Of a stretch of DNA of 64,000 bases, positions 22,216 to 33,926 are shown in pieces. The notes under the pieces were generated by a model. That model worked only from the letters and a program-made list of their open reading frames with translations, had not been told where the DNA came from and did no database searches. Every line of letters begins with the position of its first letter. Within the stretch, counting starts at the first letter, position 1. The stretch is from positions 352,001 through 416,000 of the forward strand of contig CAWCMR010000015.1 in the NCBI GenBank assembly GCA_963796685.1, given 5' to 3'. Position numbers and translations under genes: made by a program. This DNA is from an uncultured delta proteobacterium (GTDB taxonomy: Bacteria > Myxococcota_A > Polyangia > Fen-1088).

Positions 22216-23016
22216 ATGGCGAGGCAATCGCTCCGACGGAGACCTTTCTTCCCAGAGCGGGGCGAGGGGCCGTTGATTTTTGCCCACCGGGGCGCCAGCG
22301 TTCACGAGACCGAGAACACCCTGGCCGCCTTTCGGCGCGCCATGGCCGACGGCGCGGACGGCATCGAGCTCGACGTTCAGCGCTGCCATGGCGGCGAGGT
22401 CGTGGTGTTCCACGACGATGACTTGACGAGACTGGTAGGAAGACCCGAGCGCATCGAACAGCTCTCTCTCGCCGCACTCCGTGATGCGCGACTCTTGTCC
22501 GGCGGCCAGATACCAACCCTGGCCGAGGCGCTCGAAGCGTGCGGGGCCACGGCCTTGGTCAACATCGAGATCAAACACACGGGACTCTTGCCCGGGGGTT
22601 GCCGAGCCTTGGTAGACGCGGTGGCCGAGGTCGTGGACCGGGCCGATGCCGGTTGGCGGGTGATCGTGTCGTCGTTCAGTCCGGGCGCGATCTGGCGGTG
22701 GCGAAGGATTCGGCCCGAGGTAGCCTGCGGCCTGCTCTTCGAGCGACCGCGGCCGTTTCATCGCCCCTGGCCCCTGCGCGCCGATGTCTTGCTGCCGATT
22801 CTCCGGCCGCTGGCGGTTCATCCCGAGCACGTCCTTTGTACGCGCGACAGCGTGGCGCGCTGGCTGCGTCTCGGGTTTGCGGTGAACGCGTGGACGGTGG
22901 ACGATCCGGTCCGTATCGCGGCCCTGACGGCCATGGGTGTGTGCGGCATCGTCACCAATGACCCCGCCAAGGCACGATCCGGGTTGCCCTTGACCCGGCG
23001 ATCCGAGGGTGGCTAA
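22216..23016 (+). CDS. Glycerophosphodiester phosphodiesterase (GDPD family)
   Basis: FAHRGAS, ENTLAAF, GIELDV, VFHD, NIEIK, AWTVD, IVTNDP. Confidence 0.95.
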   Translation: MARQSLRRRPFFPERGEGPLIFAHRGASVHETENTLAAFRRAMADGADGIELDVQRCHGGEVVVFHDDDLTRLVGRPERIEQLSLAALRDARLLSGGQIPTLAEALEACGATALVNIEIKHTGLLPGGCRALVDAVAEVVDRADAGWRVIVSSFSPGAIWRWRRIRPEVACGLLFERPRPFHRPWPLRADVLLPILRPLAVHPEHVLCTRDSVARWLRLGFAVNAWTVDDPVRIAALTAMGVCGIVTNDPAKARSGLPLTRRSEGG

Positions 23017-23028
23017 CATTCAGTCACC

Positions 23029-24326
23029 ATGCGAGCACTGGTTCTGGTTGGGTTGCTGACATTCGCGCTTTCGGCGTGCGAAAGCGTCACCTCCGAGCGG
23101 ATCCAGGAATGGAAGGGCACCCAGAAAGGGCCGGACAAGATCGAGGCGGCGTTGCGCGGCGGAAACGTGCCGGCCAACCTGCGCGCCGAGGCTGCGGCGG
23201 CAATGGTCGACATCGGGCGGGCCGAGAAGGTCGACGAGATCATGGCCTCGCTGGAGGCTGGTGAGCGTTGGGAGATCCTGAAGACCCTGGTGGAGCTCTA
23301 CATCAAGGGCATGCAAAGCCCGAACCTGCCCAAGGCGCGCGACGCGCGGGACGCCCTCTTCAGTGTGCGCCAGTACGCGCCGCCCGAAGAACAAAAGGAG
23401 ATCGACGGCGCTCTCATGGCGTCCATCGAAAAGGATCTCGTCGGAGGGCCGATTCACCGGCGGGCGGCACTCGTTGGACAAGATGCTGTCGGCCATCGGC
23501 CCGGCTGCGGGTCCCATGCTGGTCAAGCTGCTCGGCGATCCCAAGTCGCCCTACGAGGGGTTGGCCGAGTTGTTGGTGAAGGTGGGGGACGAAGCGGCGC
23601 GCGACAAGGGAGGCGCCGCCTTGCTTGGCCGGATTCTCGCCTGGCAAGGACGTCCCCATCGATATGTGGTTGGCCCTCGGCCAGCTCGGCGGTCCCACGG
23701 TCACGGCTTACCTGGCGGGCAAGATGCAAAAGGGCAGCCCCGACGAGGCCGTCATGGCCGCCAGGGCCTTGCAGCAGGCTCGTTTCCCGACGGTGTTGCC
23801 CCTGGCGCTCAAGATCGCCGGCGACGCCAAGGCCAACAAGGAGCTGCGCGACGAAGCCTTCGGCGTGGTCGAGAAGACCGGCGGTCCCGAGGCAGAACAG
23901 GGGCTCTTGCGCATCATCGCCGAGGACAAGAACGACCTGGTTCGCTACCGCGCCCACGAGGCGGCCCTGGAGGTCGGGAAGGCCGGCGCGATTGTTCCGG
24001 CCCTGCAGGCATTCCCGGCCAAGGTGTCCTTCAAACGGGAGGACGTGGTGGATTTCCTGGTCAAGGACATCACCAAGCTGGGTGCCAAGGCCAAACCGCA
24101 AGTCCTGGCAGCCCTGGCGTCGCCCTCGCCGCTGGCCCGCATGACGGCGATTTTGGCCTTGGAGGCGCCCCTTCCGTCCAATCCCAAGGGGCACCTGGGG
24201 GGACCCGAGGACGCCGCCGCGGTGCTGAAACTTGCGGACGACAAGGCAACGATCAAAGGATTCCCCTCAGGTGGGTCGGTTGGCGCGGAAGCCAAACGGG
24301 TCGCTTCACTGTTGCAAGGCAAGTAG
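23029..24326 (+). CDS. HEAT-repeat lipoprotein; frameshifts near 23445 and 23638
   Basis: Lipobox LSAC; continues through ORFs 23363 and 23625 with LVRYRAHEAAL, LARMTAILAL. Confidence 0.75.
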
Positions 24327-24368
24327 ACTAAGATTCGGAGAGAGAAGTCAGGAGAGCAAGGATCGACT

Positions 24369-24983
24369 ATGTCCACGGATCCGAATCGCAAAACCCTCCG
24401 TCATTTCTACTGCGCCGATGGCGTCTGGCAGATCTTCGAGCAGATGTCCGAGAGCATGGATCGCGGGCTCGACGAGCTCGTCAACGAGGCGATGCGGGCC
24501 TACGCCGAGCAAAACGGGTACCTGGCGGGTCCGGATACCGACGCGCAGCCGTCCGGGCTCTACGTCCCGGATCCGTCACGGCAGCCGACCATGCCGCCGC
24601 CCTTGCCCGCGGCCCGCATGACCGCGCACTTCGCCGGTCGGCCACCCTTGCCGCCCGCGGCGCCCGTGGTCATGCCGCCGCCCACCTCCGAGGGGGGGGC
24701 TATGCCACCGCTCTTTCTCGTTTTCGGCAACCAGAAGTACATCGTCGACAAAGACCAATTCATCATCGGTCGCGGGGCCAAGTCTTCCGACCTGCCTATC
24801 CGCGACGGGAACATCTCGCGTAAGCACGCCGCCGTGATCAGACGCGGGGGCTCGTACTACATCAAGGATCTGGGGTCGACGAACGGCATCGACTTCAACG
24901 GCGAGCGCATCGAGGCGCGAAAGATCGAAGAGGGCGACGTCTACTCGATCTGCGACTACCAGCTCAAGTTCACGTATAGATAG
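24369..24983 (+). CDS. FHA-domain protein with an RHH-like N-terminus
   Basis: IIGRG, ISRKHA, DLGSTNG; Pro-rich linker. Confidence 0.92.
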   Translation: MSTDPNRKTLRHFYCADGVWQIFEQMSESMDRGLDELVNEAMRAYAEQNGYLAGPDTDAQPSGLYVPDPSRQPTMPPPLPAARMTAHFAGRPPLPPAAPVVMPPPTSEGGAMPPLFLVFGNQKYIVDKDQFIIGRGAKSSDLPIRDGNISRKHAAVIRRGGSYYIKDLGSTNGIDFNGERIEARKIEEGDVYSICDYQLKFTYR

Positions 24984-24985
24984 CC

Positions 24986-27146
24986 ATGGCCGAAGTCCGC
25001 GCGGTGTCGCTCGACGATCCGCTGGAGGACTTGTCCGGCGCCGGTCCAGTGACCGCAGGGCGCATGGCTGCATGCGGGCTCTTGCGCGTTCGCGATCTGT
25101 TCGGCTTCTTTCCCAGGGCCTACGAGGACTACCGCCGGGTGTATTCCCTCGCCGAGCTGGGCGAGCTTGCACCGGGAACTTCGGTGGTGGTGCGTGGAAA
25201 GGTCGTTCGTGTCCACACGTTCTTCCGCCGCATGCTCGATGTTCATATCGAAGAGGGCGGCACCAGTCTGCGCGCGCGCTGGTTCAGGCCGAATGCCGGC
25301 ATGGTCAAGACCTTCGCAAAGGGGGCGAAGGTGGCCTTGGCCGGCACGTTGCGGCGGACCGAGACCGGCGAAGCCGAGCTGATCCATCCCAGCAACGTGA
25401 CCTCACTGTTGGCCGTGTCGGCCAGCGCCGGCATCCGGCCGCGCTATCCACAGATCGCGAGGGTTCCTGGCCGCACCGTCGAGAAGATCGTTGCGGCAGC
25501 CCTGGTCGCGGCGGGTTCTCGAGTGCCGGACCTGCTGCCTGAAGCCACCCGCCTGCGCCTGGGCCTGCCCGACGTGGCCCATGCCCTGGCTTTCGTGCAC
25601 CGGCCGCCCGACACGACTTCCGACGCCGAGCTGGCGGAGCTGCCTGGCGGGCACATCGCCGGCGCAGCGCAGGTTCGCGCTGGAGGAGCTGCTCGTCCTG
25701 CAAGTCGGTCTGGCGCTCGAGCAATCGCGCGTGAAGAAGCAGTGTGCGCCCGTTTGCCCGGTTGACCACGGGCGGATGCTCGCGGAGATTCGCACGGCGT
25801 TGCCCTTCACGCTCACGGAAGCGCAGGCGCGCGCGATCGGCGCCATCTTCGCGTCCATGGCGGCCCCCACGCCCATGCAGTGCCTTCTGCAGGGCGACGT
25901 GGGCAGCGGCAAGACCGCGGTGGCGTTCGCGGCCTGTGTTCGAGCCGCGCGGGCAGGGGGCCAGGCGCTGTTCATGGCCCCGACCGCCGTGCTGGCCGAA
26001 CAGCACCATCGGACCTTGAGCGCCTGGGGTGCGCGCGTCGGACTGCGAACGGGACTCCTGCATTCTGGCCTCGATGCGTCTGAAAAAAGGCGCGTTCTTG
26101 CGTCCGCGGCCTCGGGTGGCGTGGACATGGTCGTGGGAACCCACGCCCTGCTCGACGATCGTCTGCGCCTGTCGCGCCTGGCGCTGGCAGTCGTGGACGA
26201 ACAGCACCGCTTCGGCGTCCGCCAGCGCGCACGTCTGCGCCGCGCGGACGGCGGAGAAAACGACTGGCAAATCCGCGCGCAAGACGGCATGGTCCCGCAC
26301 CTGCTCGTGCTCTCCGCCACGCCCATTCCACGCTCCTTGGCCCTGACCCTCTACGGCGACCTCGACCTCGTCACGCTCGATGCATCGCCACCGGGGCGGA
26401 AGTCGATTCTTTCCCAGGTGTGCGTGGGGGAAGACGCCCGCGCCCTGGCCTACGCGGCAGTGAAGCATGTCGTGGCCGAAGGAGGGCAGGGGCTCGTGGT
26501 GTGTCCCGCCATCGCCGAAGGCGACGCCGGCGGACGCGCGCCGAGATCGGCGGTGGCACTGGCGCGAACCCTGCGCGCGGAGCTTCATCCCGCGCGCGTC
26601 GGCGTGCTGCACGGTCAGCTCACGGCGGACCGCCAGCGCAGGGCCATCGACGCTATTCGCGAGGGCGGGCTCGACGTCCTCGTGTCGACGACCGTGGTCG
26701 AGGTCGGCGTGGACCTGCCGCGCGCCCGTATCATGGTCGTCGAGGACGCGGAGCGATTCGGGCTGGCCCAACTCCACCAGCTTCGCGGCCGGGTCGGGCG
26801 AGGCGCGGAGCAAGCGCAGTGCTACTTCTTGACCGCGTCGGGCGATTCCGAGGCCCTGGACCGGTTGCGCGTCGTGGCCTCGACCCAGAACGGTTTCCGA
26901 ATCGCCGAAGAGGATCTTCGACGTCGCGGCGTGGGCGACCTGCAGGGCACGCGACAGAGCGGAACGCCCGAGTTGCGCTTCGCGGATCTTGGCGCTTACA
27001 TCGGACTGGTCGAGCTTGCGCACAAGGAAGCGGCGGCGGTGCTGAACGAGGATCCCGACCTCGCGCACGCGGAGCACGCGGCTCTCCGCCGCGCGGTGAA
27101 TGAGCGTTTCGAGGGATCGCGTCCTGTGGGCGAGGTGGCCGGCTAG
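24986..27146 (+). CDS. recG: ATP-dependent DNA helicase RecG; frameshift near 25643
   Basis: LLQGDVGSGKT, DEQHRFGV, SATPIPRSL, TTVVEVGVD, FGLAQLHQLRGRVGRG, GTRQSG. Confidence 0.96.
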
Positions 27147-27148
27147 CC

Positions 27149-29863
27149 ATGGGCAACGCGCGCCGGGCGATCTTCGCCGGGTTCTGGGGTGGCCTTTTGG
27201 CGGGCCTGCTCGACGCGCTCGCCACGCTCCGTGCCTCGCCGGACATGCTCGACCTGGCCAACCCATTCCACGTTCTTGTCATCGACGGCGGGATGGGGGC
27301 GCTCGCCGGCGCGTTGTTGGCGGTGGTCTTCGTGGGATGGACGCTGGCCTTTCAGCGCGAGCCCGCCCGCTCGCGTTGGCTGTCCGCCGCGCACGCGGTA
27401 ACCCTGGTCCTGGCCTTGCCGGTCGTGGTGTACGACGCCTTTGCGCTGTTCGGCGGAACCCAGGCCGCGCGCGTGCCCGGGCACCGGTTCTTGTCGGTCA
27501 TCTTGATTCTCGTCGGTGCCGCCACGATTTGGGTGGCCGTCACCCTCTGGGGCCGGCTGCTCGCCCGCGCCGAACCAACGGACGGTCCTGGCCACCTGCC
27601 GGGCCGGAGCAAGGTTCTGATCCTCTCCTGCGGGCTCGCGCTGGTGGCCGGTGCGCTGCTCGCTGGCTGGGCGAATCGCCACGTGTTGCCGCGCCTTTAC
27701 CCCTGGTTTCACCTGTCGCTGACCCTCTTTGCGCTCCTTGCCTGCATCCTCGCGGTTCGCTTGTTGCTGGGGCTCGGGCGTCGGCTTCTCGGCAAGCGCT
27801 CGACATGGCTACTCGCCGCCATCGCCGCGGTGGTCCTCGTAGCCGGGGCATTCGTCGAGCGCCCAATCCTTTCGCGCAGCCAAGGCCTGCGCTACTTCAT
27901 CTATGAAAAGACCCAGCTAGCCAGCCTCTTCGCGCGGCTGCTGCCCACACCCAAGCATCGCCCGGGACACGCGAGCACGGTCGCGGCTGGCGAGGGACTG
28001 CCGCCGCTGACCGGCGGTCCGCACCGCCCCGGCGCGGACATCGTGCTCATCACCATCGATGCCCTGCGGGCCGACCACCTTGGCTGCTACGGCTATGCGC
28101 GCGCCACCACGCCGAACATCGACGCCTTGGCCGCGCGCGGGGTGCGCTTCGAGCACGCCTACACCCAGGCGCCGCATACGTCCTTCTCCCTGGCCTCGGT
28201 GATGATTGGCAAATACTACCCGACGCTGGCCCGCCTGGCTTCGTCGGAGAAGCACGAAACCATGGCTTCCATCTTTCGTCGCTACGGTTGGAAGACGGCG
28301 GCCTTCTTTCCCCCCGCGGTGTTCTACATCGATGCCAACAAGATGGAGGCGTTCGAGGCGAGCCACTTCGATTTCGAGTACGTCAAGTACGAGTACCTGA
28401 GCGCCGAGGGTCGCCTCGGGCAAATCGAGGACTTCCTGCGCGCCGAGCACCCGGACAAGCTCTTTTTGTGGTTGCACCTCTTCGAGCCGCACGAGCCCTA
28501 TGAAAAGCACGCCGGCTTCGACTTCGGCGACGCCGACATCGATCGCTACGACAGCGAGATCGCCTACGCCGATTCGGTGGTGGGCAAGGTGGTGGCCTCG
28601 ATCGAGCGGCGGCGTCCGGGTGCCGTCATCATTCTTGCCGCGGATCACGGCGAGGAATTCGGCGAGCACGGCGGGCGCTACCATGGAACGACGCTGTTCG
28701 AGGAACAGGTGCACGTGCCGTTGATCATGGTCGTGCCCGGCCTTTCACCCCATGTGGTGTCGGGGCCAACCCAGCTCATCGACATCCCCGCGACCATCTT
28801 CGGATTGCTCGATTTTCCGCTGCCCGCACGCATGCGTGGCACCAATCTCGGTCCTTGGCTCGCGACGCCGCCTGCGCCGGAGAGTCGTTTGCCGCCGGCT
28901 TTCGCCGAGGTGGAGGACAAGCGCATGGTCGTGGCCGGCTCCGAAAAGCTCATCTGCAACGTCAGCAAGGACTATTGCTCGTACTTCGACCTGCGCGGCG
29001 ATCCGCGCGAGCAGCGCGACTTGGCCGACCGTCGCCCGGATCGCGTGGCCTTTTTGCGCCTGCAACTCGATCGGTGGCTGGGTGAACAGGCGCGCTACGA
29101 GACGAATCTCTTGGGCGCGGCAGGTGGCACCAGCCAGTTGGCGCGCGCCATCGAGCGCGGCCGCCTTGGTGAAGCCAGCGCCGCCCAAGCCCTGTCCGAG
29201 TCGTTGGTGGGAAACGGCCCCGTGGGAGCACGGCGGGAAGCCGCCAGTCTCCTCGTGACCACCTTGCCGGCAAGGCCGGAGACACTCGCAGCCCTGCGCG
29301 CGGCCGCGGACAAGTCCGACGACGAACGGGTGCGCGACTGGGCCGCGGTGGCGGCCTTGCGCCTGGGGGCAAGCGAGATGCGGGACCGCTTGCGCGCGCT
29401 CGTGGCGACGCCGGCGACCGAGGCAACGGGTCCTCTACACATTCACGCCGCCTTGGCCCTGGCCGAGAAGTCGGACAGAACGGGAACGCCTGTGCTAGAC
29501 GACGCGCTCGATTCCTGCGGCGGCGACGTGCTCCTGTGCAGGCGTGTCCTCTTGGCGTTGGGCGCGCTCAAGGATGCGCGGGCCGTGGCGGCCCTGATCG
29601 CGCATCTGGGCTTCGTGCAGACCCGCCGCGAGACCGTGGAAGCGCTGGGGGCCATCGCGGATCCTGCGAGCGTTCCCGCGCTCATCGGCTGCCTCGAAGA
29701 CGACGCGTACGTGCCCGTGCGTGTGGCCGCGGCCACCGCCCTGGGCCGCCTTGGCGGCGTGCGCGCCATGCAGGCCTTGCAGTCCGCGATGGTGCACGAA
29801 CGCGAGGAAGCCGTGCGATCGGCGGTGCGCAGGGCACTGGCGGCCCACGGGCGGGGCCAATAG
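27149..29863 (+). CDS. Multi-TM sulfatase-superfamily protein with C-terminal HEAT repeats
   Basis: Hydrophobic N-terminus, IDALRADH, TPNID, EPHEPY, YDSEI, ADHGEEF; HEAT-like VRVAAATALG. Confidence 0.9.
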   Translation: MGNARRAIFAGFWGGLLAGLLDALATLRASPDMLDLANPFHVLVIDGGMGALAGALLAVVFVGWTLAFQREPARSRWLSAAHAVTLVLALPVVVYDAFALFGGTQAARVPGHRFLSVILILVGAATIWVAVTLWGRLLARAEPTDGPGHLPGRSKVLILSCGLALVAGALLAGWANRHVLPRLYPWFHLSLTLFALLACILAVRLLLGLGRRLLGKRSTWLLAAIAAVVLVAGAFVERPILSRSQGLRYFIYEKTQLASLFARLLPTPKHRPGHASTVAAGEGLPPLTGGPHRPGADIVLITIDALRADHLGCYGYARATTPNIDALAARGVRFEHAYTQAPHTSFSLASVMIGKYYPTLARLASSEKHETMASIFRRYGWKTAAFFPPAVFYIDANKMEAFEASHFDFEYVKYEYLSAEGRLGQIEDFLRAEHPDKLFLWLHLFEPHEPYEKHAGFDFGDADIDRYDSEIAYADSVVGKVVASIERRRPGAVIILAADHGEEFGEHGGRYHGTTLFEEQVHVPLIMVVPGLSPHVVSGPTQLIDIPATIFGLLDFPLPARMRGTNLGPWLATPPAPESRLPPAFAEVEDKRMVVAGSEKLICNVSKDYCSYFDLRGDPREQRDLADRRPDRVAFLRLQLDRWLGEQARYETNLLGAAGGTSQLARAIERGRLGEASAAQALSESLVGNGPVGARREAASLLVTTLPARPETLAALRAAADKSDDERVRDWAAVAALRLGASEMRDRLRALVATPATEATGPLHIHAALALAEKSDRTGTPVLDDALDSCGGDVLLCRRVLLALGALKDARAVAALIAHLGFVQTRRETVEALGAIADPASVPALIGCLEDDAYVPVRVAAATALGRLGGVRAMQALQSAMVHEREEAVRSAVRRALAAHGRGQ

Positions 29864-29944
29864 CCTCTTGGCGATATTTTCGTGCGAGGCCTAACCTCCG
29901 GCCTGGGTTGGGGTAAGATGGCCGGAATTTTCCTTGGGAGGATG

Positions 29945-31355
29945 ATGACGATGCACGGTCCTGTTTCTCGCCGTATCCGTTCGAGCGTACTTGTTTCGGT
30001 GACCTTGGGAGCAGGGTTGTGCGTCGGCACCGCCCGCGCCGGGACCTGGCAGCCGGTGGGGGTGGGCGATTGCCCGGGAAGGGACGTGGCGGGCTCGCGC
30101 GGACCTCTACCCGAGGCGGGCAAGTGCGATGCCAGCTTCGCCGGGTACACGGCGGTGTGCTGGGCGGGCGGGTGCACCTACAAGAACGTGGCGACGGGTT
30201 CGTGCACGGGTGGCTCGAATCCGGGTCAGATGTACACCTGCGCAGCGACGGCCCCCACGCATTCGGCCGGCGGATGGCAGTCGGTGGGGCTTGGGGATTG
30301 CCCGGGCCGCGACGTTGCCGGCACCACGGGGCCGAACCCGGATCCCTCGAAATGCAACGCAAGGTTTGCGGGCAACACGGCGGTGTGCTGGACGACCGGC
30401 TGCACGTACAAGAACGTGGCGACGGGATCATGCACGGGCGGTGCGAATCCCGGCCAGATGTACACCTGTGCTGCCCAGCCGGTGACGACACCCGAGCCCG
30501 CGCCGACAGAGGGCACCTGGCAGTCCGTCGGGCTCGGCGACTGTCCGGGCCGCGACGTGGCGGGCAGCAGCGGCCCGAGCCCGGATCCGTCGAAGTGCAG
30601 CGCGAGCTTTGCGGGCAACACGGCGGTGTGTTGGACGACCGGATGCACGTACAAGAATGTGGCGACCGGCTCGTGCACGGGCGGGCCCAACCCCGGCCAG
30701 ATGTACACCTGTGCAGCGGTCCCGGCCCCCGTTCCCTCCTCCGCCACGGTGCCAACGCCGCCCCCGACCGGTCGCAACCACCGGCCGACCCCGGGAGTGC
30801 CGCCAACCAGTGCTTGGCAATCGGTGGGTATCGGAGACTGCCCGGGCCGGGACGTGGCGGGCAGCGCGGGGCCTACACCCGATCCCTCGAAGTGCGACAG
30901 CAATTTCGCCAGCGATACGGCGGTGTGCTGGGCCAGCGGGTGTACGTACAAGAGCGTCGCGACAGACTGCCTGTACGGGCGGCGCGAATCCCGGCCAGAT
31001 GTACACGTGTGCTTCGAAGGCCGCGCCACCGCCTCCCCCGGCGCTACCCAAGGTGCAGGGCAAGCGCTACTCCGTGGTCAACTACACCGGCGAAACCAAG
31101 AATCCCCACACCTTCGTCGTGGACTGGAAGTCGTGCAAGGTCGCCGAGCTGAACAAGGAATTCGAGAGCGGGACCGAGGACATCAGCGTCCTGGTCTGCC
31201 GGCCGGGAAGCCGCTTGGTCATCAAGACCGATGACCACGCGACTGGCTATTGGATCCAATACGACTGGATCATGCTCGACGGCGGGGCCACGATGGCTGG
31301 CGCGTATCGCGATCCAACGACTTGCGGACCTTCGGCCGGCAAGCGGGCAAGGTAG
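29945..31355 (+). CDS. Secreted protein with four 6-Cys tandem domains; frameshift near 30968
   Basis: Signal peptide ending ARA; WQxVGxGDCPGRDVAG...CTYK...NPGQMYTC four times. Confidence 0.85.
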
Positions 31356-31379
31356 CTGCGCGCCCGAGCGAGCGCGTGA

Positions 31380-31892
31380 TCAGCCGGTCGGCACACTCCG
31401 CCGGGAGCTGTTCGCGCGTTCCTTGCCAAGCACCCACAGCATGTAGCCGACGATCCCCAGGTTCACCAGCAGCGACCCGACTCGCAGCGCGGTGACCTTC
31501 TTGAAGAGCTCGGCCACCTCGAAGGGGACGTAGATTGCACCGCTGACGGCCGCGAGCCACTCGGCCCAGAGCTTGCCTCGCCAAAGGCCGTAGGCCTCGG
31601 CGAAGCGCAACGCCGAGTAGGCCACCAATCCGAAGGCCAGCGCCCAAAGCCAGCCGTCCGTGACCTTGGTCGTGAGCTCGAGAAAAATGCGCGGATAGTG
31701 GGCGGAGGGGCTGAGGTGAAGGTGTCGGACCAATGCCTCGCCGGCCGCCTGCACATCGCGGTGAATGAGCCTGAGCAGCCCCAAGCCGGCGAGTAGAACG
31801 AGCGCTCCCTTGGCGGCCTCGTAGCCGGCGATGGTGCGCAGCCCTGCCGCGGCCTTGCGCCCTGTCTTCCTGGACCTGGACGGAGAATTCAC
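31380..31892 (-). CDS. DUF2127-like membrane protein
   Basis: LRTIAGYEAAKG, EAYGLW, WAEW, YVPFEV; start uncertain. Confidence 0.85.
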   Translation of the reverse strand: MNSPSRSRKTGRKAAAGLRTIAGYEAAKGALVLLAGLGLLRLIHRDVQAAGEALVRHLHLSPSAHYPRIFLELTTKVTDGWLWALAFGLVAYSALRFAEAYGLWRGKLWAEWLAAVSGAIYVPFEVAELFKKVTALRVGSLLVNLGIVGYMLWVLGKERANSSRRSVPTG

Positions 31893-31930
31893 CTACCCAG
31901 CCTACAGGACAGGTTCGGCGCGGCAATGGC

Positions 31931-32284
31931 TCATGGCACGCGAGTTTCGTCGCGCAGCCAGGCCAAGTAGGGGGCACTGCCTTCGACCAGGGGCAAGGCG
32001 ATGATTTCCGGGACCTCGTACGGATGCAAAGCCGCCACACGTTCGCGAACGGCGGCGAAGAGCGCGCGCCTGGTCTTCATCGCGCAAAGGACTTCTCGCG
32101 CGTCGCACACCTTGCCTTCCCAGGCGTAGATCGAGCGCAAACCGGGCAAGATGTTCACGCACGCCACGAGCTTCTCGGCCACCAATGCCTTGGCGAGCTC
32201 CGCCGCTACGTCGGCGTCCGGAGTGGTGACGAGCACGACGACGAATTCGCCGGGCTGGGCGGCGTCAATCGGAACGGAAGGCAT
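31931..32284 (-). CDS. cutA: Divalent-cation tolerance protein CutA
   Basis: LVACVNI, SIYAWEG, HPYEVPEI, YLAWL. Confidence 0.95.
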   Translation of the reverse strand: MPSVPIDAAQPGEFVVVLVTTPDADVAAELAKALVAEKLVACVNILPGLRSIYAWEGKVCDAREVLCAMKTRRALFAAVRERVAALHPYEVPEIIALPLVEGSAPYLAWLRDETRVP

Positions 32285-32388
32285 GGCAGGATGCTACCTC
32301 GAAGCCGGGAAACATGCCCGCCACGCAACCCTCGCCCGGCTTCAACCCTGCACGCCTGTGTTGTGAAGATGGTACTCGCCTGACAGTG

Positions 32389-32967
32389 CTACTTCAGGTT
32401 CGCCGCCGCGAAGTCCCAGTTCACCAGCTTCCAGAAGGCTTCCAGGTAGGCCGGACGGGCGTTGCGGTAGTCGATGTAGTAGGCGTGCTCCCAGACGTCG
32501 ACGGTGAGCAGCGGCTTCTTCCCATCCTTGAGCGGCGTAGCCGCGTTGCTGGTCTGCTCGACGGCAAGCGATCCGTCGGGATTCTTGACCAGCCAGGCCC
32601 ACCCCGAGCCGAACTGGGTGATGGCGGCCGCGGTCAGCTTTTCCTTGAGCGCGGCGAACGAGGTGAAGTTCTTCGCCACGGCATCGGCCAAGGCGCCGCT
32701 GGGCTCGCCGCCACCCTTGGGCGACAGGCAGTTCCAGTAAAACGAGTGGTTCCACACCTGGGCGGCGTTGTTGAAGATACCGCCGGACGCCTTCTTGACG
32801 ATGTCCTCCAGGGACAGCTCGACGAACTCGGTGCCGGCGATGAGCTTGTTGAGGTTGGCGACGTAGGCGGCGTGATGCTTGCCGTAGTGGTACTCGAGGG
32901 TTTCGGCCGAGATGTGCGGGGCCAAGGCGCTTTTTGCATAAGGCAGTTCGGGTAGCTTGTGTTCCAC
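32389..32967 (-). CDS. sodB: Fe superoxide dismutase
   Basis: [37 protein letters not shown]; GTG start after AGGAG. Confidence 0.95.
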   Translation of the reverse strand: MEHKLPELPYAKSALAPHISAETLEYHYGKHHAAYVANLNKLIAGTEFVELSLEDIVKKASGGIFNNAAQVWNHSFYWNCLSPKGGGEPSGALADAVAKNFTSFAALKEKLTAAAITQFGSGWAWLVKNPDGSLAVEQTSNAATPLKDGKKPLLTVDVWEHAYYIDYRNARPAYLEAFWKLVNWDFAAANLK

Positions 32968-33071
32968 AACGGTCTCCTTGTTTTCGTTCAATCCACATTC
33001 GCGTGGCCAGCCCGCCGACCTTTGCCGGGAAAGCGTGGCGCACCACCGCGGGGGATCTCCCCCTACCAATG

Positions 33072-33926
33072 TCAGTCTGATGCTGGAGATGGGAGGCGCG
33101 TTACCACGGCTTCGAGCAATTCGCCCATGCGAGCCGCCCCAGCCGTCGCAGCGGCGGTGACATCTTCGTGCACGAGCGGTGCGCCTTGGATACCCGCCGC
33201 CGGATTGGCCACCATGGACAGACCCAACACCGCGAGCCCCGCGTGGCGCGCGGCGATGACCTCGTGGACGGTGGACATGCCGACCAGATCGGCGCCAAGA
33301 ATGCGCAGCATGCGCACCTCGGCCGGCGTTTCGTAGGACGGGCCGGACATGGCCACGTACACGCCCTCGCGCAGAGGAGCACCGAAGCGCTCCTTGGCGA
33401 CCGTCGCGGCCAAACCGCGCAGGGCAGGGGCGTAGGGCTCGCTCATGTCGATGAAGCGCGGGCCCAACCTTTCGTCGTTCGGCCCGACCAGCGGTGAGGC
33501 ACCGGTCAGGTTGATGTGATCGCGAATGGCGACGATCTCGCCCATGGAAAAGGACGGCTCGATGCCGCCCGACACGTTGGTGACGATCATGGTTTGTACG
33601 CCCAGGGTGGCGGCAACGCGCACCGGGAAGGCGATCTCGGACGCGGGATAACCTTCGTAGGCATGGACACGGCCGCAAAAGATCAGCACCTTCTTGTCGC
33701 CCCAATGGCCGCACAGCATGCGCCCAGGGTGGCCCGCTACCGTGGGCTCGGGAAAGCAGGGCAGGGCCGCGTAGGCGACCGAGCGGGCGTCGAGCAGGCG
33801 ATCGGCAGCACTGGCCAGGCCCGAGCCGAGAATCACCGCGACATCCGCCCCCTCGGTGTCGAGTTGGTGCGCCACGGCACCGGCGGCGGCGAGCACCCGG
33901 TCGTGCAGGCTGGACTCCACCTTCAT
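33072..33926 (-). CDS. punA: Purine-nucleoside phosphorylase (trimeric type)
   Basis: [39 protein letters not shown]. Confidence 0.93.
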   Translation of the reverse strand: MKVESSLHDRVLAAAGAVAHQLDTEGADVAVILGSGLASAADRLLDARSVAYAALPCFPEPTVAGHPGRMLCGHWGDKKVLIFCGRVHAYEGYPASEIAFPVRVAATLGVQTMIVTNVSGGIEPSFSMGEIVAIRDHINLTGASPLVGPNDERLGPRFIDMSEPYAPALRGLAATVAKERFGAPLREGVYVAMSGPSYETPAEVRMLRILGADLVGMSTVHEVIAARHAGLAVLGLSMVANPAAGIQGAPLVHEDVTAAATAGAARMGELLEAVVTRLPSPASD

